Positions 9,392-19,316 of a stretch of DNA of 64,000 bases are shown here, one piece after another. Source of the DNA: Candidatus Poriferihabitaceae bacterium. GTDB taxonomy: Bacteria > Pseudomonadota > Gammaproteobacteria > Arenicellales > Poriferihabitantaceae. The notes beneath the pieces are model-generated. The model worked only from the letters and a program-made list of their open reading frames with translations. It did no database searches and was not told where the DNA came from. The position numbers and the translations under genes are program-made. The stretch spans positions 2,413,278 through 2,477,277 of the forward strand of contig OZ243962.1 of the NCBI GenBank assembly GCA_965214625.1, in the 5' to 3' direction. Each line of letters starts with the position of its first letter. Within the stretch, counting starts at the first letter, position 1.

Positions 9392-11317
9392 TCACTTTTC
9401 TTTTTGGGATCCAATTTTTTCCACCTGAGTTTCCAGCACTTCCAGAGTCTCGATCCAGTCAGTCTCGACGGACTGCAGTTCATGTTCAAGGCCCGCCTTA
9501 TCCTGTGACAGGCGGATCAGTGTGGCCGTGCTTTTTGTCTGATAGGTGTTCGGATCGTTTAGAATCGTGTCAAGGGATTCAATTTCCTGGCGGACCGCCA
9601 GCATTTTGTGTTCAAGATGGTTGATTTTTTCGCGTAGCGGTCTGAGTTGTTGCCGATAGTGTGCGGTTAATTGTCGATGTTTTTTTTTGGATGACCGGTC
9701 AGCGCTGCTTCCGGAAGATCCGGCTTTCTGTGCATCAGACGGTTCACTTTTGTTTTTATTTTTCAATAGCTGTAACCAGGCATCCATATCGTCATTAAAT
9801 TCCGTTACCTTGCCCGCTTGAACCGATACCAGTTGATCCGTAACGCTATCGATCAGACTCCGGTCATGGGAAACCAGCATGATGGCACCTTCATAGTCCT
9901 GTATCGCCATATTCAGTGCATGTCTCATTTCCATATCAAGGTGGTTGGTCGGCTCATCCAGCAACAAAAAATTAGGGCAGGCATAGATGAGTAATGCCAG
10001 TGCCAACCGGGCTTTTTCTCCGCCGGACAATGAAGCGATCATCTGATTGGACCGTTCTCCGCGAAAGTCAAATCCACCAAGGAATCGCCTGGTTTCCTGG
10101 GTCGTGACCGTGGGATAGCGATGTTGAAACTGCTGTAGTGGGGTCAGGCCGCCATCCATTTGTTCAAGCTGGTGCTGTGCGAAATAACCTATTTTCAAGT
10201 GTTTCGCTGCCTGGCGGGTTCCACTTGACGGTGTCAGTGCGCCTGCGATGATTTTAATCAGGGTAGATTTTCCACCGCCATTGGCACCCAACAGTCCGAT
10301 GCGGTCCCCGCCAGAAACCGAAAGGTTGATATTGGATAGGACGGTCTGTTCGCCGTATCCGGCGTCTACATCGTCCAGTGTGATAATGGGGTCTGACAGA
10401 CGGTCACAGGGCCCGAACTTGAAACTGAAGGGGGATCCGGCATGGGCCGGTACAATCTCCTGGAGCTTCTCAAGCGCCTTGATTCGACTTTGTGCCTGTC
10501 GAGCCTTGCTTGCCTTGTATCGGAAACGGCGTATGTAGTTCTCCATGTGCGCTACTTTTTTCTTTTGTTTTTGATGCAAGTCGTGTTCGGTAGATAGTCG
10601 CTTGGCGCGCTGATGTTCAAATTCGGTGTAGTTGCCCGAGTAGCGGTCAATCCGATTGCGGTTGATATGGAATATCTGCTGGCAACATTCATCAACCAAG
10701 GTCCGATCATGGGAAATCAGCATTAGTGTGCCTTGATATTTCTTCAACCACTCTTCGAGCCAGACGATGGCATCCAAATCGAGATGATTGGTCGGTTCAT
10801 CCAGCAGCAATAAATCGGAGGGGGTCATTAATGCCTGGGCCAGATTCAATCTGACGCGCCACCCCCCCGAAAAGGAGGAAGTCAGGCGATGGTGCTCGGT
10901 TGTCTTGAAACCCAGACCGGACAGTAGCTTGGCGGCTCTTGCTGACACGCTGTACCCATCGATGTCTTCCATTTTTGAGTAGAGCCACGCCCTGCTTTCA
11001 TCATGCGATTCATCCATCGCGACCAGATCGGCCTGTACGTCCCTGAATGCCCGGTCCCCGTCAATCACATGATCCAATGCGCTGCGATCATTGTCGGGTG
11101 TCTCTTGGGCAACATGGGCAATTCGCATTGCGGCGGGTAAATCAAGCGCACCCCGGTCAATATGAATCTCCCCCAAGAAGGCGGCGAACAGGCTGGATTT
11201 GCCACTGCCGTTGTCTCCGACCAAGCCTATCTTGTCACCGTGGTAAATGTTTTGGGAGACGTTTTCAAACAGCAATTGGTCACCACGACGGATGGCAAGA
11301 TTATCAATCTTTATCAT
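9392..11317 (-). CDS. ABC-F family ATPase (YheS/Uup-like, two NBDs plus C-terminal coiled coil)
   Basis: ORF 9392..11461. Start moved to M49 (ATG 11317) because MIKIDNLAIRRGDQLLFENVSQNIYHGDKIGLVGDNGSGKSSLF aligns with ABC-F N-termini. Two Walker A sites (GDNGSGKS, GANGGGKS), two LSGG signatures, no transmembrane domain. Confidence 0.88.
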   Translation of the reverse strand: MIKIDNLAIRRGDQLLFENVSQNIYHGDKIGLVGDNGSGKSSLFAAFLGEIHIDRGALDLPAAMRIAHVAQETPDNDRSALDHVIDGDRAFRDVQADLVAMDESHDESRAWLYSKMEDIDGYSVSARAAKLLSGLGFKTTEHHRLTSSFSGGWRVRLNLAQALMTPSDLLLLDEPTNHLDLDAIVWLEEWLKKYQGTLMLISHDRTLVDECCQQIFHINRNRIDRYSGNYTEFEHQRAKRLSTEHDLHQKQKKKVAHMENYIRRFRYKASKARQAQSRIKALEKLQEIVPAHAGSPFSFKFGPCDRLSDPIITLDDVDAGYGEQTVLSNINLSVSGGDRIGLLGANGGGKSTLIKIIAGALTPSSGTRQAAKHLKIGYFAQHQLEQMDGGLTPLQQFQHRYPTVTTQETRRFLGGFDFRGERSNQMIASLSGGEKARLALALLIYACPNFLLLDEPTNHLDMEMRHALNMAIQDYEGAIMLVSHDRSLIDSVTDQLVSVQAGKVTEFNDDMDAWLQLLKNKNKSEPSDAQKAGSSGSSADRSSKKKHRQLTAHYRQQLRPLREKINHLEHKMLAVRQEIESLDTILNDPNTYQTKSTATLIRLSQDKAGLEHELQSVETDWIETLEVLETQVEKIGSQKEK

Positions 11318-12016
11318 GGGACGAAGTGTGACAGGAGCCTCTTCATAATGATGGTTATGACTACGTACGGTATCGCGAAGCAAGCAGCCGGGGATGACAG
11401 CGCCAAAAAGGATTGATCGGGACTGAGTTCGCCATGAACCGTCGGTTGAACCAGCCCCCACACAGTGAACAACGCGACATCGCCGTTGATCCTGCCGCTA
11501 AAGAGCACCCCGCCATTTTGCCCCGGCGATTGTATACGGTTTTTTTCCATCAAAGGGCTATCCGATACGACGGATGATCCGTGGCAGCGTTATCCGCCGG
11601 TTACCACGACGCAGTCTGTGATGGTGCACCCTCTCCGGTTTGCCCGTGCCCGGTGATTGCGGGTTAGGCTGATTTCACGGTGTTCACTTCGCCCAACCTG
11701 TAGTGACTTTCCTGCTGAATGAAAAAGGATATTTCTACAGGTGCATTTGACATCGATTACATTAACAGGTGAAAATCTCATGAGTACCGTGGTCCGAGTT
11801 TTTCCACGTCGGGAGGCATGTACAGGTACCTTCAGACGACAAAACTTCGGGCGACATCACTTAAGGAAACAAGATGATGTTGGCATGTTTTGAAACATAT
11901 CCCGTTGCCGGTCAACAAGGGCCGGTTCTCCGCTTTTCTCACGGACTTGCGTCTGCAAACAATGCAGGGAGAGCAGGCACTTCTCCCTAGCAGGCTGTTT
12001 CGTGGGGTCCCGGGCT

Positions 12017-13327
12017 ATGGAGGCACTGATCACCTACTTTGATTTCCTTTGGTCATCCTTTTTGTTGTTGGCACCGATGCTGTTGCTCGGGTTGCTCCTG
12101 TCTGGCCTGATTCATGTATTCATCTCGCGTCAAGCGATACTCAAGTGGCTCAAGGACGATAGTCTGAAATCAGTGAGCACGAGTGCAGCCATTGGTGTGC
12201 CCGTGCCGCTTTGCAGTTGCTCTGTCGTACCGGTTGTCGCCGAGATGCGAAACAAGGGCGCTTCCCGTTCTGCCTGCATGTCGTTTCTGATTACGGCACC
12301 GGAAACCGGTGCGGACTCTATTTTGGTCACGAATGCCTTCTTCGGCTGGATTGTTGCTATTGTCCGTCCTGTTGTCAGCTTTATCACAGCCGTTGTCGCT
12401 GGCATTTTTTGCATTGGTCTTATCAGGGGTAACCGGGATGGAGCAGAAGCGAGAGCACGAGGGTGTGATCACGACCATGACCATGATCATGGTCCCCATC
12501 AGCTGTTGATTGAGGAAACCAACGATTGTTACATCAGTCCGTCTCGAATGAAGCGGCTACTGTTCACATGGATGAGCGGATTTTCCTTCGTGTTCGGCAA
12601 GCGCCAACAGTGGGGGTTCCGGGTAAAACCCGATTCCTATCAGGATTCCGATTTCACCGACGACAGGCAGTCTGGACACGTGTCTCCTGTGAACGAGTCG
12701 GGGCTGGATTTCAGGAAAATTGTCAGGCACATCATGCGCTATGGTTTTGTCGAAATCGCGGATGATATTCTGTTTGCTCTGCTCGTCGGTGTCGCGCTCG
12801 GCGGATTGGTTTATCTGATCATTCCAAGTGACCTGATGGCCAACGAATACGCACGCTGGTTGTCCTATCCGGTGCTGGTGCTGGTCGGGGTGCCGCTCTA
12901 TATCTGCGCATCAGCAAGCACACCAATCGCTGCAGCACTGGTTGCCAAGGGATTTAGTCCTGGTGCAGCAATGGTGTTCCTGATGACCGGACCGGCGACC
13001 AATACCGGTACCATCGCGATCATCATCAGCCAGTTTGGTGCACGTTTCGCGTCCATCTATGTCTCGGTAGTGATTGTGGTCACCGTTATTCTGGGCATTT
13101 TGATTGATGTCCTGCTCCTGGCTACCGGCCTGTCGATTTCCGTCAATCTTGAGGCGTCCGACTCAACAGCCTTATGGCTTGTTCAGTGGGGATGCGCTTT
13201 CGTTCTGATTGGCCTGATCATCTGGCGGTTCCGAGCAGGCGCTTTTCGAAGTGGCTACGAAGACCTGTTACGCAATCTCCGTCCACTGCATGCTTGTCTG
13301 TGCAATAAATTCGCCGGTCGGCGGTGA
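12017..13327 (+). CDS. PF03773-like permease (SO_0444-type putative Cu/Zn efflux transporter) with a His-rich loop
   Basis: ORF 12002..13327 (GTG), with an ATG at 12017. Polytopic membrane protein with GVPVPLCSCSVVP and ITAPETG motifs and a cytoplasmic CDHDHDHDHGPH stretch. Family assignment is from memory of the motif pattern. Confidence 0.7.
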   Translation: MEALITYFDFLWSSFLLLAPMLLLGLLLSGLIHVFISRQAILKWLKDDSLKSVSTSAAIGVPVPLCSCSVVPVVAEMRNKGASRSACMSFLITAPETGADSILVTNAFFGWIVAIVRPVVSFITAVVAGIFCIGLIRGNRDGAEARARGCDHDHDHDHGPHQLLIEETNDCYISPSRMKRLLFTWMSGFSFVFGKRQQWGFRVKPDSYQDSDFTDDRQSGHVSPVNESGLDFRKIVRHIMRYGFVEIADDILFALLVGVALGGLVYLIIPSDLMANEYARWLSYPVLVLVGVPLYICASASTPIAAALVAKGFSPGAAMVFLMTGPATNTGTIAIIISQFGARFASIYVSVVIVVTVILGILIDVLLLATGLSISVNLEASDSTALWLVQWGCAFVLIGLIIWRFRAGAFRSGYEDLLRNLRPLHACLCNKFAGRR

Positions 13328-13490
13328 TCACTGCCTTGCGCAGAATGACTGAAGCAGCACAGCACTATCTGGGTCACTGTCCTGTCGTTGGTACTCAGCG
13401 CCCCGGGTTCCGTAGAGTTAGACAGTCTGGGTAGGTCAAGCGACACGGATGAGATGGAGGATATTCGTTGTCGATGCAGGCATATCGGAT

Positions 13491-13511
13491 GGAATCAGCA
13501 TGGCTGATTCC
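13491..13511. terminator. Perfect 21-nt hairpin GGAATCAGC-atg-GCTGATTCC in a convergent gap
   Basis: 9-bp stem with a 3-nt loop, 164 nt after the permease stop and 358 nt after the ureohydrolase stop. No U-tract. Confidence 0.3.
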
Positions 13512-13868
13512 TGGTCATCACGGTGAACGGTTGTGTGATATCGTTTCGGCATGCCGCTATGCTATCCATGGTGTATGACATATAACAGCAAGGTTCTTTT
13601 CTTGGGGAATTATATTCTTCCCTATTTCTTACGCATGTTTTTGGTCGAGATTGCCGAAAACCGGTCAATACACCCGTCAATCACCACAGTGTATCTTCCC
13701 AAAACTGTTCCGCCCCACCAATACAAGGTCATCACGCAGCCGGCTGTGATGTTAATATTTTCACACTGTTGGCTTCTACCGCCACGATTTGTCGATCCGT
13801 CAGCTTGCAGTGTCCATTCTAGGGGAGGCAACCCGAATCGATAGGCATTGGACAATCATCGCCGGTCC

Positions 13869-14831
13869 CTATCGAGCCGGTTTGCAGGCAAACAGGTTGA
13901 TGATTTCATAGGCGAGCGTTGCGGCCGCGAGCGACGTGATTTCAGCGTGGTCATAGGCAGGGGCCACCTCGACGATATCGGCAGCGATCAGATCCAGCCC
14001 CTGCAGCCCTCGAATGATGTTCACCAATTCCCGGCTGGAAAGACCGGCGATTTCCGGGGTGCCCGTTCCAGGTGCGTGGGCAGGGTCGAGCACATCGATA
14101 TCAATCGAGAGATAAAGCGGATGATGACCGACCCGGTCCTTGATCCGCCGGATGACATGTTCCACGCCATGCGTCTCAAGCTCATCACAGTGAACCACCT
14201 TGAAACCTAGGGCTTCGTCATTCAGGAGATCCTCCCTACTGTAGAGCGGGCCCCGTATTCCGACGTGCATCGAAGCTGCCTCGTTGAACAGTCCCTCTTC
14301 GGCGGCCCGTCGAAAAGGCGTTCCGTGGGTGTAGGGGGCGCCGAAATAGGTGTCCCAGGTATCCAGGTGGGCATCGAAGTGTACCAGGGCAACCGGTCCG
14401 GTCCGTTTATTGACCGCCTTGAGCAGCGGGAAGGCAATGGTATGGTCTCCGCCCAGGCTGATCATCGCACCCACCTTGCCCAACAGGTCTGAAGCGGCTT
14501 TTTCAATCTGATCGATGGCCTCCTCGATCTGATAGGGATTGCAGGCGACATCGCCCGCATCGGCCACCTGAAGCGCCTTGAACGGTTCGGTATCGTAGGC
14601 CGGATGGAAGTTTGTTCGAAGATGCCGGGAGGCCTGACGGATCGATTGGGGGCCGAATCGGGCACCGGGCCGGTAACTGGTTCCAGAGTCAAACGGAATG
14701 CCCAGAATGGCCACATCACAATACGGAACGTCCCGCAGCTCGGGGAGTCGACAAAAGGTGGCAGGTCCGGCGTACCGCGGAACGATGGTTCCGCTGATGG
14801 GTTGGACGGGAGTGTGTGTCTTTTCACTCAT
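13869..14831 (-). CDS. Agmatinase-family ureohydrolase (agmatinase or guanidino-acid hydrolase)
   Basis: 320-aa ORF with arginase-fold Mn-site motifs GGDHTIAFP, HFDAHLDTWD and SIDIDVLDPAHAPGTGTPE. Specificity (SpeB versus GbuA/GpuA) cannot be set by eye. Confidence 0.85.
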   Translation of the reverse strand: MSEKTHTPVQPISGTIVPRYAGPATFCRLPELRDVPYCDVAILGIPFDSGTSYRPGARFGPQSIRQASRHLRTNFHPAYDTEPFKALQVADAGDVACNPYQIEEAIDQIEKAASDLLGKVGAMISLGGDHTIAFPLLKAVNKRTGPVALVHFDAHLDTWDTYFGAPYTHGTPFRRAAEEGLFNEAASMHVGIRGPLYSREDLLNDEALGFKVVHCDELETHGVEHVIRRIKDRVGHHPLYLSIDIDVLDPAHAPGTGTPEIAGLSSRELVNIIRGLQGLDLIAADIVEVAPAYDHAEITSLAAATLAYEIINLFACKPAR

Positions 14832-14844
14832 AAGAGTTTTCCGG

Positions 14845-16083
14845 TCAGTTGAATCGTGAAGGCCAGAAGGCCTGTTCGGTTTTGGTGGCTGGTTTGCCTG
14901 CGATGGATTCGGCGATCAGCTTTCCCGTGGTGGGCCCAAGCGTCAGGCCAAGGTGGCCATGACCGAAGGCCTGCCATAAACCGGGCAGGGCTGGCGTTGG
15001 GCCAATGATCGGCAAGGAATCCGGTGTACTAGGCCTCTCTCCCATCCAGGGTGTATCCAGAAGTTGACTGTCCAACGGCAAGGTGTTTTCGAATTCCTTT
15101 TTTAGCACATTAATCTGTATCGGTGTCGGTGGGGCGTGGTGAGCGGCCAGATTGGTGGCCGAAGTCACTCGAATACCGGCTTCCATGGGGGTCATCACAA
15201 AGCCGTATTGTACATCGAGTATTGGGCGATTCAAGGACACGTCGGGAGCGGGACGATAGAGAAGATGGTAGCCGCGTTCACACGCAAGCAAGGGTTTTAC
15301 GCCGACGGTACGCAACAAAGCGGGGGCAGAGGCCCCCAATGCGACGACCACCTGATCGCAGGTCAAACGCTTGCCACCGGCATCCACTGACCATCCCTTG
15401 TCCAATTTCCTCAATCGATCGAGCTTACTTTGTATGAATCGACCTCCGTGGGCAAGGAAATGCGCGGCATAGGCCTTGCAGACCTGTCCGGGATTGGATA
15501 AAGAAGGCGTCCCATCCAACCAGATTGCATCACTGTAGCGTCGGGTCAGCGCAGGCTCGAGTTCCCTGATCTGATCGCCGGACAGCACCTGAAAAGGGAT
15601 GTCATGCGTGCGATACTGGTGTCGCTCACCCTTGGTTTTTTGAAACTGACCAGTCTTTCGATAGAGGCGTAACCAACCGGTATCATGGTAGTATTTTTCT
15701 GTGTCGGTCTGTCTTAGCAGCTCAAGATGGTCCGATACGGTGTTTGCCAGCAGATAACTTAACGCATTGATGCAGTGCTCTTTGGAATGACGGTTGCAAT
15801 GTCGGATAAAGTGATAAACCCAGGGCAGAAGCGAGACGGCATGGGGCCAGTGAAGTCGAAATCGTGGATGGCGATTGGTGATCAGGTAGGGCAGGTGTTT
15901 CAGTATTTCGGGGCTGGCGAGTGGCACAATACCGCTGTTGCAGATAATGCCGGCATTACCGTAGCTGGCTTCCTCGGCCGGTTGTCGACGATCAATGAGG
16001 GTGACTTCATACCCTTTTCGTGACAGGTACAGTGCACAGCAAATCCCGATGATACCGGCACCCGCGACAATGATTTTTTCCAT
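14845..16083 (-). CDS. FAD-dependent oxidoreductase (DadA/PuuB-like amine or amino-acid oxidase/dehydrogenase)
   Basis: ORF 14845..16209. Start moved to the ATG at 16083, which gives MEKIIVAGAGIIGICCALYLSRKGYEVTLIDR (a Rossmann GxGxxG right at the N-terminus). 13 nt upstream of the ureohydrolase gene. Confidence 0.8.
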   Translation of the reverse strand: MEKIIVAGAGIIGICCALYLSRKGYEVTLIDRRQPAEEASYGNAGIICNSGIVPLASPEILKHLPYLITNRHPRFRLHWPHAVSLLPWVYHFIRHCNRHSKEHCINALSYLLANTVSDHLELLRQTDTEKYYHDTGWLRLYRKTGQFQKTKGERHQYRTHDIPFQVLSGDQIRELEPALTRRYSDAIWLDGTPSLSNPGQVCKAYAAHFLAHGGRFIQSKLDRLRKLDKGWSVDAGGKRLTCDQVVVALGASAPALLRTVGVKPLLACERGYHLLYRPAPDVSLNRPILDVQYGFVMTPMEAGIRVTSATNLAAHHAPPTPIQINVLKKEFENTLPLDSQLLDTPWMGERPSTPDSLPIIGPTPALPGLWQAFGHGHLGLTLGPTTGKLIAESIAGKPATKTEQAFWPSRFN

Positions 16084-16402
16084 TTTCAGTGTGAAGTATA
16101 GCGATCCCGAGAGGGCGGTCAGGAGGCAATTATTGCTTGACTTGATAGTGCAGACAAGGCTTTTTGTGCGATGACGATGATTGCATTGTCCGATGCCAGG
16201 ATATTCCACGTGGATGTCTCATGATACCCCGAATTGAATGCAGAGGTGCTCCGGTTGATACCGAATCACCGCCTCGGATGAACCCGGCAGGATAAAGTCG
16301 TTCTATCGCTGCCGAGTTTTTCACATTACAATCCGGTATGTAAGCCATTATCCGCCATTTCAGACGATAATTGATCGCCCACATTCAGCACCCGACACCA
16401 AA

Positions 16403-17773
16403 ATGAGTGGAAAATTGACATTGAATCAATTGAGAGAGGAAGCCAATACAGGGTGTATTGATACGGTGCTGGCCTGTCAAGTCGACATGCAGGGCAGGTT
16501 GATGGGCAAACGGTTTCAGGTGCATTTCTTTTTGGAAAGCGCATGGCAAGAAACACACAGTTGTAACTACCTCCAGGCAACTGACATGGAAATGGAAACG
16601 GTCGAGGGGTATCAAGCCAGCAGTTGGGCATCCGGATACGGTGACTATATTATGAAACCGGACTTGAGCACGCTGCGGCGGGTTCCCTGGCTGGAGGGGA
16701 CCGCATTGGTTTTATGCGATGTGTTTGATCATGAGACTCATGAAGCGGTTGCGCACTCACCTCGGGCAGTGCTCAAGCGGCAGATTGCCCGTCTCGAAAG
16801 ACATGGCATGAAGGCAATGGTGGCCACGGAACTTGAGTTTTTCTTGTTCAAGGACAGCTACGAAGCGGCACAGGAAAAGGGTTATCGGCAGCTTGGTACG
16901 TCCAGCGCCTATAACGAGGACTATCATATCTTCCAAACGACCAAGGAAGAGGACGTCATGCGGGCGATTCGCAATGGATTGCAGGGGGCGGATGTGCCGG
17001 TGGAAAACACCAAGGGAGAGGCCTGTTCGGGCCAGGAGGAAATCAATATCCGCTATGCGGATGCCCTGACCATGGCCGACCGGCATGTGATTGTCAAGAA
17101 CGCCTGCAAGGAGATTGCGTGGTCACGGGGCAAAGCGGTGACTTTTATGGCGAAATGGCATGATGGCCATGCAGGCAGTTCGTCGCATATCCACCAATCG
17201 TTGTGGAGCGCTGACGGCAAGACACCGCTGTTTTACGATCCGACCGCTGAGCACGGTCTCTCCGGTCTGATGAAACACTATCTGGCCGGCCTGCTGGCAC
17301 ATGCCGATGAAACGACTTGTTTTCTGGCACCGTATATCAACTCTTACAAGCGGTTTCAGTCGGGGACGTTTGCCCCGACAAAAGCCGTTTGGAGCCTGGA
17401 TAACCGGACGGCCGGCTATCGATTGTGTGCACCGAACAGCAAGGCGATTCGGATCGAGTGCCGGGTCGGCGGTGCCGACCTCAATCCCTATCTCGCGATC
17501 GCGGGGCAGTTGGCGGCGGGTTTGGATGGGATTGAAAACAAGCTGCCACTTGAGGCGGAGTTTGTCGGGGATGCCTACCTGGGTGCGCACTTGAGGGAAA
17601 TTCCCGGAACGCTGCGGGAGGCTGCGGCGGCACTGGACCGCTCGGTGTTGATGCGGTCGGTGATGAGTGATGCCGTCATTGATCATTATGTCCATGCGGC
17701 AAACTGGGAACAGGTCGAGTCTGATCGCCGGGTCACCGACTGGGAGGTTCGACGAGGTTTTGAGCGTGCCTGA
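16403..17773 (+). CDS. Glutamine synthetase family protein (gamma-glutamyl-amine ligase, PuuA-like)
   Basis: 456-aa ORF with a GS beta-grasp and catalytic domain pattern (ELEFFLF, NEDYHIF, GSSSHIHQSLW, NSYKRF, RIECRVGGAD). Confidence 0.82.
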   Translation: MSGKLTLNQLREEANTGCIDTVLACQVDMQGRLMGKRFQVHFFLESAWQETHSCNYLQATDMEMETVEGYQASSWASGYGDYIMKPDLSTLRRVPWLEGTALVLCDVFDHETHEAVAHSPRAVLKRQIARLERHGMKAMVATELEFFLFKDSYEAAQEKGYRQLGTSSAYNEDYHIFQTTKEEDVMRAIRNGLQGADVPVENTKGEACSGQEEINIRYADALTMADRHVIVKNACKEIAWSRGKAVTFMAKWHDGHAGSSSHIHQSLWSADGKTPLFYDPTAEHGLSGLMKHYLAGLLAHADETTCFLAPYINSYKRFQSGTFAPTKAVWSLDNRTAGYRLCAPNSKAIRIECRVGGADLNPYLAIAGQLAAGLDGIENKLPLEAEFVGDAYLGAHLREIPGTLREAAAALDRSVLMRSVMSDAVIDHYVHAANWEQVESDRRVTDWEVRRGFERA

Positions 17774-17870
17774 TTTTCTCCTGTCTTGTCGCGGTGCGAT
17801 CCCGGTGCTGCCATCGGGTTCGGTGCGTTATCGCATCCTCATCCCTGATACTTGATCAGGAGTCATCCCG

Positions 17871-19256
17871 ATGTCTTCACTGAAATGCATTTCGCCGATC
17901 GATCATCGTCTTTATGTCGAGCGACCGTATGCGTCAGGGTCGCAAATTGAACGGGCCCTGTCTGCGGCACGATGTGCGCAACATGAGTGGAAGGCGGTAT
18001 CGCTTGACGAGCGGCAACGTCTGTGTTCCAGGGCCGTCGATTATTTTGTCGGCAACAAGGCGGATATTTCTGAAGAATTGACCTGGCAGATGGGAAGGCC
18101 CATCGCTTTTGCACCATTTGAGGTCGATGGCTTTGAAGAGCGTGCGCGACACATGATCAAGATCGCTCCTGCGGCACTCGAACCGATCACGCCGAGTCCC
18201 CAATCCGGTTTTACCCGCTATATACAACGTGATCCGCTGGGGGTTGTGTGCGTCATTGCCCCGTGGAATTTCCCCTATCTCACCTCGGTCAACGTGATTG
18301 TGCCGGCCTTGCTGGCCGGCAATGCGGTCATCTTGAAACATTCTGCACAGACGCCGTTATGTGCAGAGAGGCTCTGTCACGCATTTGCCGAGGCGGGGTT
18401 ACCCGAAGGGGTCTTTCAATATCTGCATCTGGATCATGCCGATACCAAGAAGATCATCGGTACGGGCGGCATTGATTTTGTGGCGTTTACCGGTTCCGTT
18501 GCAGGCGGGAAGATGGTGGAAGACAGTACCTCAGGCCGGTTTATCGGTGTCGGGTTGGAATTGGGCGGCAAGGATCCGGCCTATGTGCGTGCGGATGCCA
18601 AATTGGATTATGCGATTGAAACCTTGGTCGATGGCGCCTTTTTCAATTCCGGTCAGTCGTGTTGCGGCATTGAACGGATTTATGTCCATCAATCGGTCTA
18701 TGATGACTTTCTGGCAGGTGCGATCGGGTTAACCCGGCAATATGTTCTCGGTCGGCCTGATGAGCCAACGACGACGCTCGGCCCGCTGGTCAAGGCCGCG
18801 GCGGCCGATTTTGTCAGAGACCAGACCTCGGAGGCGCTTGCAGCGGGGGCGACTGCCCATATCAATCCGCATCATTTTGCACTGGATCAGACCGGTTCGC
18901 CTTATCTGGCGCCTCAAATCATGACCGGGGTGGATCACTCGATGCGGGTGATGCGGGAAGAAAGTTTCGGCCCGGTTGTCGGTATCATGTCGGTTGAGAG
19001 TGATCAGGCGGCGGTCAGGCTGATGAATGACAGCGACTATGGCCTGACGGCTTGCGTGTTTACGCAGGATCAGGAAGCGGCCATCGACATCGGGAACCGG
19101 ATTGAAACCGGTACCTGGTTTATGAACCGGTGCGACTATCTTGATCCGGCGTTGGCATGGACAGGTGTCAAGCATTCCGGTCGTGGATGCACTTTGTCCC
19201 AGATCGGTTTCGAGCACCTTACCCGGCCGAAATCCTATCACCTTAAAAGCGTCTAG
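17871..19256 (+). CDS. NAD(P)-dependent aldehyde dehydrogenase
   Basis: 461-aa ORF with ALDH motifs ELGGKDP and GQSCCGIERIYV (catalytic Cys). GGAG Shine-Dalgarno 8 nt upstream. Confidence 0.9.
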   Translation: MSSLKCISPIDHRLYVERPYASGSQIERALSAARCAQHEWKAVSLDERQRLCSRAVDYFVGNKADISEELTWQMGRPIAFAPFEVDGFEERARHMIKIAPAALEPITPSPQSGFTRYIQRDPLGVVCVIAPWNFPYLTSVNVIVPALLAGNAVILKHSAQTPLCAERLCHAFAEAGLPEGVFQYLHLDHADTKKIIGTGGIDFVAFTGSVAGGKMVEDSTSGRFIGVGLELGGKDPAYVRADAKLDYAIETLVDGAFFNSGQSCCGIERIYVHQSVYDDFLAGAIGLTRQYVLGRPDEPTTTLGPLVKAAAADFVRDQTSEALAAGATAHINPHHFALDQTGSPYLAPQIMTGVDHSMRVMREESFGPVVGIMSVESDQAAVRLMNDSDYGLTACVFTQDQEAAIDIGNRIETGTWFMNRCDYLDPALAWTGVKHSGRGCTLSQIGFEHLTRPKSYHLKSV

Positions 19257-19316
19257 TTTTTGCGATGGCTACCCACCGATAGCCTGGTCATTGAGCCGTT
19301 GCAGGAGAATCTTGAA

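Noticed and set aside
13622-13855. 77-codon minus-strand ORF in the convergent gap
   Set aside because: It begins with a TTG directly after an in-frame stop, has no SD, would be transcribed away from nothing obvious, and matches no family.
16125-16136. GGCAATTATTGC resembling a sigma54 -24/-12 element upstream of the GS-like operon
   Set aside because: The GG-to-GC spacing is two nucleotides shorter than in TGGCAC-N5-TTGC, and no enhancer-binding-protein gene is nearby.
17123-17695. 190-codon ORF antisense to the GS-like gene
   Set aside because: It lies entirely inside a well-supported gene on the other strand. Its amino-acid composition is Arg/Pro/Gln-rich, typical of antisense frames in moderate-to-high-GC coding DNA, and it has no SD or recognisable motif.
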